DNA of 64,000 nt from Lama guanicoe. Lineage: Eukaryota. The stretch lies in contig MU053629.1 in assembly GCA_013239625.1 (NCBI GenBank), positions 3,685,567 through 3,749,566 of the forward strand, written 5' to 3'. The number at the start of each line of letters is the position of its first letter. Positions within the stretch are counted from its first letter, which is position 1. This document shows, in pieces, positions 52,801-61,004 of the stretch. A program made the translations under genes and the position numbers. The notes beneath the pieces were generated by a model that did no database searches, was not told where the DNA came from, and worked only from the letters and a program-made list of their open reading frames with translations.

Positions 52801-55800
52801 TTGCCTTTTCCAAAATGAGAGTTGCCTCATTTGTGAAGGGAAAGTTTGAAGTTGTTACTGGGTTTTTTTCCCACATTAAAGATCAGTAGTATATGTGAGT
52901 TAACTCTTTAATTCCCTGTATTTGGAAAACAGTGGAGGCTGGATCTTTTGCCTCTCTGTTTTCTTTCTGGTACCTCTTTCTCCCACTTAAATCCTGACTT
53001 GAACTCAACTTAAATATATTTTCCATTTATGAGAACTATGTCCACTATTAATTTTTTAAAAGGAAATGAAATTTCCTTTGTAAGAAAAAAAAAAAAACCT
53101 AAGTATTGTTGATAACAGGGAGTTTCATGTTTCCCTTATGAGCTTTAGGCAACCAGAAAGCCTTTTTCTCTAAGTGGCTTCTTTTTCCAGTGATTTTTTT
53201 TTTTTTTTTTTTTTTTTTAGATCCTGAATAAAATATTATAAACAAAATCCTCTTGATGAGCAACACGTTTTTCAGCTGCCAGTCAGACCAACTGCTGTAA
53301 AAAACTTATATCAAAGGTATGCAATTTAATAACTAAATATGCTTCAAGTCCAGCCATGATTTCTAGGCATTTTCGGTGTCAGCTCCTCATGACCTCATGA
53401 CCTGGACCTACTTGACCTCTGAAACCGTAATCCTCTGATTCCCTTTCTCTGAACATAGTCTGATAGAGTCCTGCCTCTTCCTCCTCCCAGAACTTTTGTC
53501 TGTTCTCTTTAGACTAGTGGTTCTCTACTCTTTGATTTTGCTCTTAATTTGTAATTCCTTTACGGAAGAGGGCAGAAAGTTTAGCCAGAAGGGAAGTGAC
53601 AGATTAGGAGGAAAGTGATTGGGGTAATGACAACAAAGTCAAGGGTATGGCTGTGGGAGGGAGAGAGAGGAGGATGTGGGGAGGGGTGGAACTGAGGCTT
53701 AGATGGTAGATGAGCCATCCACCCAGACGGTGCAGTCGCCTCAAATCACGGTCTCTCCTGACTCTTCTCCTTAGCATATGACAGACTTGAAATTTTTCTC
53801 GTACTCGATTTGGACCCTCCCTCTGTTTAGATCCCGCTTAGCCAAACCCCATCACCCCCCTGAAATTATTTGACAAAAGTTGCCGGTCATTGCCAAATCC
53901 AGAGGACACTTTCCAGAAGAGTGTGTTTTGGCCCCTTGTGTAATTAGCTGGCCCACCAATTCTCTCCTGTTCACTAAGTACTTGTAAGGCTCTTTGGCAT
54001 TCACACTACTGCTCTCTTGAACCTAGCCCCTTCCTTTGTTTTCATGAATAATATTCTATCTTAATTTTAACTCTACCTCTCTGGCCCACCTCCAAGACTG
54101 AGAATAGTTCCCATTTCAAGTTCTCCTTCCTCTGCCTCCTTCATCTGAGTTCTCACCAGACCTCCACCCTCTCTGTCTTCTTTTCTTCCTTTCTGTCTTC
54201 CCTAGGTGATTGCGTTCACACCCAAGGCTTCAGTTCCTCTGGGCCAATGATAATTCATAACCCGTACCTCCTGCTTCCTCTGCGCTTCACACCCGTGTTT
54301 CTAAACGTCTGTTAGACGTGAATCCTCAACTTCAACATCCTGTAGGTCGTTCAGACTCTAAATCCGATCTCCTCACTTTCTTCCTAACATTTTTCCTACT
54401 CCCGTATTTCCTCTCCCAAGCGGTCATCATTAATCTCCATCTGATGCCCAAAACACTTACCTTCTCCTTGCTCTTGTCACTTCCTCTCTCTTTAAATGGT
54501 TACCAGGGGTCTTAGAAGCTCTTGAATCCGTTCCTTTCTCTACATCCTCACGTCATCATTGCCTCATTTCGTATGTAGGCTCTGTATGCTAAATCCTTTC
54601 TCCTAGCTGCTCTGTCCACCTCCATCATCCTCCTTCTCTGTGTCACTGCTGAAGTGATCTACCTAAAATTCAGATCCATCACCTGACTTCCTTCTGTTTA
54701 AGTGACTCCCTTACCTTCAGGACACTGTTCCAGCACTCAGTGTGGTCTGTGAGGCCTCTGCGCCATTCTGGCCCATGTGCCACCACGTCTTCCCAATCTC
54801 CTCTTGAGTCACTGACTGTGTTTCCTCAGGCGCGCCCCACACTGAGCCCTTAGTGCCCACACCCATGTCCTTCCTTCATCCTGGACCTTGTCTATTTAAC
54901 TAATTCTGCTTACAATTTCCTTTAAAGCGTACCTCAAAGGCCACAATCTCTGAGGACTCTTTTTCCAACTCTACATTCCCAATCTAAGTTAATTTACCGC
55001 TCTTTTATTGTCCCCTCCCACATCCGGTATTTCTCAATTATAGCATTTTTCAAAATTGACTAATTATTTACTTACTAACTTATTTATTTTTATTGAAGTT
55101 TAATTGATTTACAATGTTGTATTAGTTTCTGGTGCACAGCAAAATGATTCAGTTATACATATTTTTTTCAGATTCTTTTTTATTATAGGTTATTACAAGA
55201 TATTGAATATAGTTCCCTGTGCTACACAGTAAATCCTTGTTGCTTATCTATTTTGTATATAGTAATGTGTATCTGCTAATCCCATACTCCTGATTTATCT
55301 GTTCCTTCCCCCTTTTCCCCTTTGGTAACCACAAGTTTGTTTTCTGTGTCTGTGAGTCTGTTTTTGTTTTGTAAATAAATTCATTTGTATCAGTTTTTTA
55401 GATTCCACACATAAGTGATATCATGTAATATTTGTCTTTCTCATCTGACTTACTTCACTCAGTATGATCATCTCTAGGTTCATCCACGATGCTGCAAATG
55501 GCATTATTTCATTCTTTTTTATGGCTGAGTAATATTCCATTGTACATATACCACGTCTTCCTTATCCAGTCATCTGTTGATGGACATTTAGGGTGCTTCC
55601 GTGTCTTGGCTATTGTGAATAGTGCTGCTATGAACATTAGGGTGCATGTATCTTTTCAAATTAATGTTTTCATCTTTTCTGGACATATGCCCAGGAGTGG
55701 GATTGCTGGATCACATGGTAACTCTAGTTTTAGTTTGTTTTTTTAAGGCGCCTCCGTATTGTTTTCCGTAGCGGCTGCACTGAATTGTTGTCACTTACAA

Positions 55801-58800
55801 CCTTGTTTCTCTTCCTCTCTTTGCTGTGCTTCTTCAGGTGGGAACTGTGACCTCTCCACCTCTTCCTCACTGCTTGTCACATCAGGACTTCACTGACTAT
55901 AGAAGGAACTGGGTTTTTTCTTTGATTTTTTTTTTCCTTAGTGAGAAGCCACAGAAATGGAGAGTGGAGATAAATAGCGGTCAGAAGAAGGTGAAAACCG
56001 TTTGGCAACTGAGTGACAGCCCACCTGTAGACCATCTCAGTTTTCACAAACCTGGTGAGGATGGTTTGTAGTCTCTCCACATTAATTATTCCAATAGAAA
56101 ATAAACTAAGTTTACTAGCAGATATTATTATTAGAGCTCTTGGGCCTAGTTTTAAATAATTTTCCTCAACTCTAGGTAAAAACCTATTTATTCTGGGGGA
56201 AAAAAATCATGAGAGAGTGCTTTTTCTCACTGTCCTGGCTAAAGGAACTTATTAATAGAGGTCAAGCCATAGGGACATAGGTGTAAGAACAAGGTTATAA
56301 AATGGAAATGCCAGCTCATACTTTTTACTTTGGTGTGCTGTTTAAAACAGTGATGGTATTTCTGCCCTGATGCCCTCTGTGTGGTGGAGAAAGGGTTAGT
56401 TTGTAGTATTCTGTCAGACATGGTCCATGTCAGTCAAAGAATGTCTTTTAGCCCCTGGTATAATTAGCTGACCCACCAAGTCTTCCTCCTTCCGTAAGTA
56501 CCTGTGAAAACTGTTACCTTTGTGCACATGGACCACATGGTGCTGACATCTCTTATTCTCTATTTGTATAAGTCTTAAATGGCTAGTTCAAATATTGCAA
56601 GGATTGTCCAAAATAAAATCTGATATTATTTAAACAGAATTCAAGAAGATCTGAAAGGCTGGGAATACAAATAGTCCTATTATAGTGATTAATATCTTGC
56701 AAAATTATTTCCAAAAAATGTTTATACTTGCCCCCCTTCCCAAATATATTTTGATTCAGGCATAATGGAAGTTTCTCTCAACTAGAATGGAAACTCCTGT
56801 CTTCATACGGCTGAACTGTTAAAGTCCTAGAGAAACCAAATTTTCCTGAGAACCATCAGTTAAAATCATGCTACCTTTTCTAAGTGTGATATAAAACCTG
56901 GAGGCTATAAAAAACTGAAAATCAACTATATAAAAATAGAAATATTTTTGCCTGGCAAAAAATACCAGAGGCAAAGCAACGGACAAATGATAAACTGGGA
57001 AAAGAAATTTGCAGCTCATGTTCGGAAAAGGGGCTACCTTCCCTAGTATACAAGGAACTTTCGAATCACTGAGACAAATATAAGTAACTCAATAGAAAAA
57101 TGGGCAAGTAACATGAACAGTTTACCAAAAAGGAAATTCAGATGTCATCTTAAAAATAAAAGGTGCTCAACCCCACCTATAATAAGAGGAATGCAAATTT
57201 ATATTATGTAAATATCATCTTTCATCTGTCAAATTAGCAAAGGCCAAAAAGTTTGGTGTCACAGTGCTGGCCAGGATTTGGGAGAAACCACACACTGCTG
57301 GGTGGAGTGTGAAGGGGTGTGGCTTCTGTAGAGGGTGCTATTCACCAGATTTTTGAAGAATATATTCTTTGGCCCAGCAGTTCCATTATTAAGAATTTAT
57401 TCCACGTATATAACTAGACCTGTGCAAAAAGGCCTACAGACCAGATTATTAATGGTGGTATTGTTTGCAGGAGCAAAACTAGGGGCCTGGACCATAGAAA
57501 AAGGTCTGAAAGGAGACAATTAAAGCTTAACCTTGAGGTGTGGAGTGGTGAGGGCAGAGGGTGGTGCTCAGTTTTAATCGAACATTAGAATCATCTGGGG
57601 AGCTTTTAAAGTTCTAATACCCAGACCAAGTAAATCAGAATCATTGGAGGCAGAGCCAGGACATCATAATTTTTAAAGTTCTCCAGGTGACTCCACTGTG
57701 CAACTAAGATTAAAAACCCACCAATTCATACATTTTACTTTATCTCCATTTGTTGTTTCAGGTTTGTTTTTTTTTTAAAGAAATGTATTTTATGATTTAA
57801 AAGAAGTTTTGAAGACATGAATAAATGTGATACATTTTTGGAAAATGCCATTTAAAAATAAACTTTATTACATAAAGATTAAACCTCTGAGATGAGGAGA
57901 TTCACACAAGATTAAATGCCTTTTTCCAATGATGCTGAAATAGTGCAGTATGCTGAACATGTCTTCTAGAGTCTTTCTGATGAGGTTGCTTCAAAAAAAG
58001 AATGAAAGCTATTTTGAATGTTAAGAGTTAAAACACTGTGCTCATCTATTGGTCCAGAGACTCCTTTTAGGAAAATAAGGAATTTTTATGAAATCATATA
58101 TTTGCCTGCTTGGAAACAAACTCAAACTCCATTTTGACTTGAACTTTATAACCTCTTCTACCCATCACATATTCTTGATGTGTTTGTCTAGAAATTATCC
58201 AGTGACCTTTGGCCCAAAGCAAGGCCCACTGTTGAAGGAGGATCTCATTCGTAAAAGTCATGGGTTATTCAAACAAAGCCTCAGTTATAAATATTAAGGC
58301 CCAATAATTTTTTATTTTGGCCAGATCATAGGCATTTACAAAACTAGACTGTGTCATTGGACTGAGCACTTAGGTCAAATACTAGCTTTGTAAGATGTCT
58401 AATGGAATGATGCTCTTGAGTAAAATAGTTGACATCAAAAGCAGGAAGGCTGAAGAGAGAAGAGGGTACTTTTAGCTGCCCTGGGAAGAAAGAATAATGA
58501 TTTGGAGTTAATGAGGGAGAAAAACCGTGTCCAGTAGAGTGCTGCTCACCCCAGTGGGCGCTCGGCAAATGTCGTTGGTAATGGTGGGTATATGGAAACC
58601 AAAATGTTGACCCCCAAGGAAGTGGACGCTATCTCATCTAAATGTTAATTGTACCATTTATTTTTGAAAAACAGTCATCTTCAGGAGAAAAAAAAAAGGC
58701 TATGTATCAAGACTATAAATCCTAAGTAGAAAATGTTTTCTGAACTCTATATTACGATGGGGAAAAAGACAGTTGTTTAACTGTAGGATGAAGCACAAAA

Positions 58801-59162
58801 AATAAAGCAGTAGATGCCCAAATTAACAAGAGAGAGTTTTTTAAAAAAATCTGCTTGCTTTTTTAGTTTGTTTAGTCATGTTTTCGACACATCAGGAGGG
58901 TTTACTGTTTAAAGGAATCGCCTTTGCTGATTTTTGTCTGATAAATTCTCTGAAAGTAGAACACACACGTCATTCAGGCTGCTGCTTAATCACTGTTAAA
59001 TTCAGCAGGATGTATAGTAGAAAAGCCAGCAGGGTGGTAAATGATTCTGATCTCTCTGTCTCTCTGGTTATAGATTTTTCTGAGTTAACATTGAACAGTA
59101 GCCTGGAAGAAAGAATATTCTTTACTAACATGGTCACCTGCAGCCAGGTGCATTTCAAGTGA
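25811..59162 (+). CDS. ZWILCH: Protein zwilch homolog (RZZ kinetochore complex), 589 codons; exons 25811-25863, 28900-28951, 31891-31986, 34894-35012, 37797-37996, 38504-38574, 39076-39231, 40537-40608, 43770-43863, 44534-44583, 45234-45339, 46055-46134, 47857-48013, 48515-48543, 51916-52052, 53221-53316, 55942-56054, 59074-59162; in-frame TGA at 53225-53227 (codon 493)
   Basis: The translation runs [52 protein letters not shown]...[19 protein letters not shown]...[14 protein letters not shown]...[26 protein letters not shown]...[17 protein letters not shown]. The exons total 1770 nt, all junctions are AG/GT, and the frame is continuous apart from one internal stop. Confidence 0.95.
26450..26632. 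mobile_element. MER5-like hAT DNA transposon
   Basis: CAGTAGTTCTCAAATTTGAGCGTGCGTCAGAATCACCTGG...GGTCTGGGTGGGGCCAGAGAATTTGC. Similar copies lie at about 49400-49630 and 57560-57720. Confidence 0.7.
27540..28010. mobile_element. ERV LTR-like element
   Basis: GCCTCTCAGATAGCTGTGAGGAACTGTTCCAAAGAGGTAA...ATGGGAAGATGTAAGAGTCTGGGCTCATTGAA resembles laurasiatherian LTRs. Family not assigned. Confidence 0.55.
29020..29630 (-). mobile_element. Old L1M 3' fragment interrupted by a SINE
   Basis: GGCAACCACTAATCTGTTTTCTGTC...TTTTATTGCTGAATAGTATTCCATTGTATGGATGTACC. Boundaries are approximate. Confidence 0.75.
29446..29575 (-). mobile_element. tRNA-derived SINE (vic-1-like) inserted into an older L1
   Basis: Head GGGGAGGGTATGGCTCAGTGGCAGAG...GTCCTGGGTTCAAGCCCCAG. 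TSD TTGTTTCCAATTTTT at 29431-29445 and 29580-29594. Confidence 0.88.
29888..30118. mobile_element. Tigger2-like (Tc1/mariner) non-autonomous element
   Basis: The ends resemble inverted repeats: TGCTGATCCTTGAATAA ... TTGTTCAAGGGCCAACTG followed by TA. Confidence 0.7.
30225..30670 (-). mobile_element. MLT1-like MaLR LTR
   Basis: TAGTCTCCTAGGGCTGCTATCACAAAACACCAC...GTCTGAGATCAAGGTG...TTTGGGGGGACATAATGCAACCCACAA. Confidence 0.75.
30750..30820 (+). mobile_element. Partial vic-1-like SINE
   Basis: TGGTAGAGGGCATGTTTAGCATGCACGAGGTCCTGGGTTTAATCCC followed by an A-rich tail. Confidence 0.75.
32027..32199 (-). mobile_element. Short 5'-truncated L1 3' end with a 16-bp TSD
   Basis: L1 3' UTR-type TTGAATATAGTGCCCTGTGCTATA, also seen at about 55205. 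TSD GTGGTTAATTCTTAAT at 32011-32026 and 32200-32215. Confidence 0.82.
32410..32905 (-). mobile_element. Old L1M fragment nested in a MER3-like hAT element (~32311-33150)
   Basis: L1M 3' motifs flanked by CAGTGCCATCCAATAGA... and ...GGCCACATTTCAGGTGCTCAGAAGCCACATGTG. Boundaries are approximate. Confidence 0.6.
33824..33970 (-). mobile_element. tRNA-derived SINE (vic-1-like)
   Basis: The head carries A and B boxes. TSD AGGCCCTGGCAT at 33812-33823 and 33971-33982. Confidence 0.9.
35452..35660. mobile_element. MER20-like hAT element
   Basis: GGGCATTTGGAAATATACAAGGGTACTTTTTGATTGTCACAGTGACT...GAGAAGCCCT. A related copy lies at about 42628-42850. Confidence 0.6.
36878..37720. mobile_element. MER21-like LTR
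   Basis: TGTGATATTGTGGTTTATAATAAGAAA...GGGGCTGGTTGCCAGGGGAACCAACCATGTGACTAGAGGGTT...TCTGAGTTCTGTGAGCCACTCTAGCAAATTAATTGAACC. Confidence 0.7.
38835..39000 (-). mobile_element. tRNA-derived SINE (vic-1-like)
   Basis: Same consensus as the other copies, flanked by TCAAAGTAG at 38821 and 39001. Confidence 0.88.
41150..41795 (-). mobile_element. Old L1M 3' fragment
   Basis: TTATCCATTCACCAGTTGATGGACATTT...TTGCTGGGTCATATGGTAACTC...GGGCTCCAGTTTCTCCATATCCTTGCC. Confidence 0.75.
44081..44210 (+). mobile_element. tRNA-derived SINE (vic-1-like)
   Basis: GGAGAGGGTATAGCTCAAGTGGTAGAGCGCATGCTTAGCATGCATGGGGTCCTGGGTTCAATCCCCAG plus an A-rich tail. Confidence 0.9.
45575..45740 (-). mobile_element. tRNA-derived SINE (vic-1-like, internally deleted)
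   Basis: GGTAATTAGGTTTATTTATTT...GGATTTGAACCCAGAACC...GAGCTATACCCTCCC, with AAGACTTAG on both flanks. Confidence 0.8.
49630..50190 (-). mobile_element. MLT1-like MaLR LTR
   Basis: TATTGCTGCCATAACAAATTATGACACACTTAGTGTCTTAAAACAACAC...GGGGTTAGGACATGGATGTCTT. Confidence 0.75.
50695..51345 (-). mobile_element. MLT1-like MaLR LTR containing a SINE
   Basis: TGTGTTAGTTTTCTGTCGCTGCCTAACAAA...CACAAGGCTGAGATCAAGGTGTC. Boundaries are approximate. Confidence 0.65.
51130..51215 (+). mobile_element. tRNA-derived SINE (vic-1-like, 3'-truncated) inside an MLT1-like LTR
   Basis: GGGGAGGGTATAGCTCAGTGATGGAGCGCATGCTTAGCATGCACACGGTCCTGGGTTCAATC plus an A tail. Confidence 0.85.
52372..52519 (-). mobile_element. 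tRNA-derived SINE (vic-1-like)
   Basis: Same consensus as the other copies, in reverse orientation with a T-rich tail. Confidence 0.87.
55080..55782 (-). mobile_element. L1 3' end (ORF2 C-terminus and 3' UTR)
   Basis: Typical L1 3' sequence: TTTTATGGCTGAGTAATATTCCATTGT...ATCCAGTCATCTGTTGATGGACATTTAGG...CCCAGGAGTGGGATTGCTGGATCA. Confidence 0.88.
56870..57480 (+). mobile_element. Degenerate L1 ORF2 fragment
   Basis: AAACTGGGAAAAGAAATTTGCA...CAATAGAAAAATGGGCAA...CCCAGCAGTTCCATTATTAAGAATTTATTCC. Confidence 0.65.
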
Positions 59163-59696
59163 TATGTGCTGCTGGGGTCCACTCTAAGGTAGTATGTTCA
59201 TTTTTTGTTCTCTCCCAATACTGTGTAATATATTAAGTACCTTATGTTTTCGTTCTTTCTACAACATAAATGCTGATTTAATACATTTGAAATATGGATT
59301 ATTAGTAATCACATAAAAGGCTTACCAGGTGTTACTGAGCAGTGCAAGTCTTTAATTTCCTTTCTACCTTCTGTAGTCACCTGACAGTTTAATCCTAAAA
59401 CCAGAGAAATGAAAAAAAACTTTTTTAAGTGGTAATGTCTTTGCATTTGAAATCTGTATCTATAGTAGAAAGAGAGTTTGGTTTCAGTACCATTGTTGGA
59501 AGAAAAAAACCCTAAGTAGGCATGCTGATTTGACATTGAAAGCGAAGTTTTGTTAAAAACAAGTGTAACCCAGCCTAGCTGTAGGACTGAGCCCCAGTTG
59601 TAAACACCCTTTTTAAACTGTTTAATCTGAGGTAGTATTAACCACAAGAATTAATGGAATAGCATTTTCTACTATCTTACTGTTTTTGTGTTTCAG

Positions 59697-59817
59697 AAAC
59701 AGCATTAAATAGAGTCAGATCATGAATAAAATGCCTAACATCATTCTTTCTTAAGCTGTGTTTTGTACCCAAATAAGTGGTTATTAATTTTAGCATTTTG
59801 GCATAGTTAAGAATAAA
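59697..59817 (+). other. Probable non-coding terminal exon of ZWILCH with AATAAA at 59725-59730 and 59812-59817
   Basis: A donor-like AAG|GTAGTA at 59188/59189 follows the stop, and an acceptor TGTTTTTGTGTTTCAG ends at 59696. The true 3' end is uncertain. Confidence 0.55.
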
Positions 59818-60432
59818 ATGGACCTTTTAAAAAAATCTAGTTACAGAGAAGATTTATAAATTATATGTATAATATTTCTTTGAGGTATTTCATTGAGTAA
59901 AGGAAATTAATTTAGCATTAGAAAATTTCTCTTAGAAAAGCGAATGTGCTCATTTGCTTGGTGCCCACCTAATGGTTTTTCCTGGTTGCCTAATAGGAAA
60001 GGATTGTTATCTATGATTGACTGTCTCTCGTTTGTAGGGCAGTGCTGATGTGGCAATCATTTCTACTTTAAAATAGTATTTGGGGAGATTTTAAAATGAA
60101 ACATCCGAATCACACAGCAGTTTATACGCTATGATCCCCTTTTGCAAAAGGAAAATAGGTGCATAACATACAGCAAAATATTAACATTGACTTTGAGAGG
60201 GCTGAGATTACAGGTGGTTTTTATTTCATTTGTGCTTATTTTTATTTTCTCATTCTTAAATCCCAGCACAAGCCCTCCTCCCCCGCCAAAAAAAAAAAAA
60301 AGAGGAAAAAAAAAAAGGTAATTATCACAGAACCTGAAAACAGAGATGCATGTAAAGCTTCAGAGCAGAGAAAGGAGCAAGAGCCTGAAGGTGCCCTGTG
60401 AAGGATGCAGCCGCCGGACGGGAGAGCCTGTC

Positions 60433-60548
60433 TCAGCTCAGGCTCCGCAGCAGGAGCATCAGGAGAACCGCAGCGATCAGAATGCAGAGGGTGCAGACCG
60501 TGGGGACCACGATCTCCGTCACGATCTGCATGTAACTCAGCAGGGGCT
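60433..60548 (-). CDS. LCTL: Lactase-like protein (gamma-Klotho), last coding exon encoding the transmembrane helix; upstream exons lie beyond the window
   Basis: The acceptor TCTCTCCCCTCCGCAG is followed by (E)PLLSYMQIVTEIVVPTVCTLCILIAAVLLMLLLRSLS*. This matches the recalled LCTL C-terminus and the expected synteny next to ZWILCH. Confidence 0.9.
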
Positions 60549-60987
60549 CTGCGGAGGGGAGAGAACGGCATGGCGGATGAGAACGCGGCCAGCATGGCTT
60601 CCTCCTGAAAGCTTCCCCTGTCTGGGAAAGCTCGGAAAGGGGCATCGTCAATTTTCTAATTATTCTTATTTGCCATCAGAGAACCTGGTGAATTAAGTGG
60701 ATAAAGGATACTTAAATTGGATTCCTCCATAGGTACAGAAATTAAAGTCTGCATGTGTGTTAATGCTTGTGCTTACTCAGAATATTAGCATCCATGTTCC
60801 ACAGTTCCTGTAACTCTCACTGCGGGGACTGATGAAAGAAAATTCCTTGGGAAACACCTGCAGCCTTTCAAAGATGTTAGTGAGCATCTTAAGAGGTACA
60901 GGGATTTCTATGTTGACATTTTTTATGGTAAGTCTTAACATAGCTAAATAATCTTTAAGAGTTATAAGCATATTTTGTGGACATTTA

Positions 60988-61004
60988 TGTAATACCTGCT
61001 TTTA
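60988..61004. repeat. Target-site duplication, copy at the 3' end of the insert (TGTAATACCTGCTTTTA)
   Basis: Identical to 63246-63262. Confidence 0.93.

Noticed and set aside
53225..53227. ZWILCH as a selenoprotein or as a pseudogene
   Set aside because: No convincing SECIS is visible in the 3' UTR, and every other exon and splice site is intact. One stop next to a homopolymer is not enough for either call, so it is kept only as an open finding.
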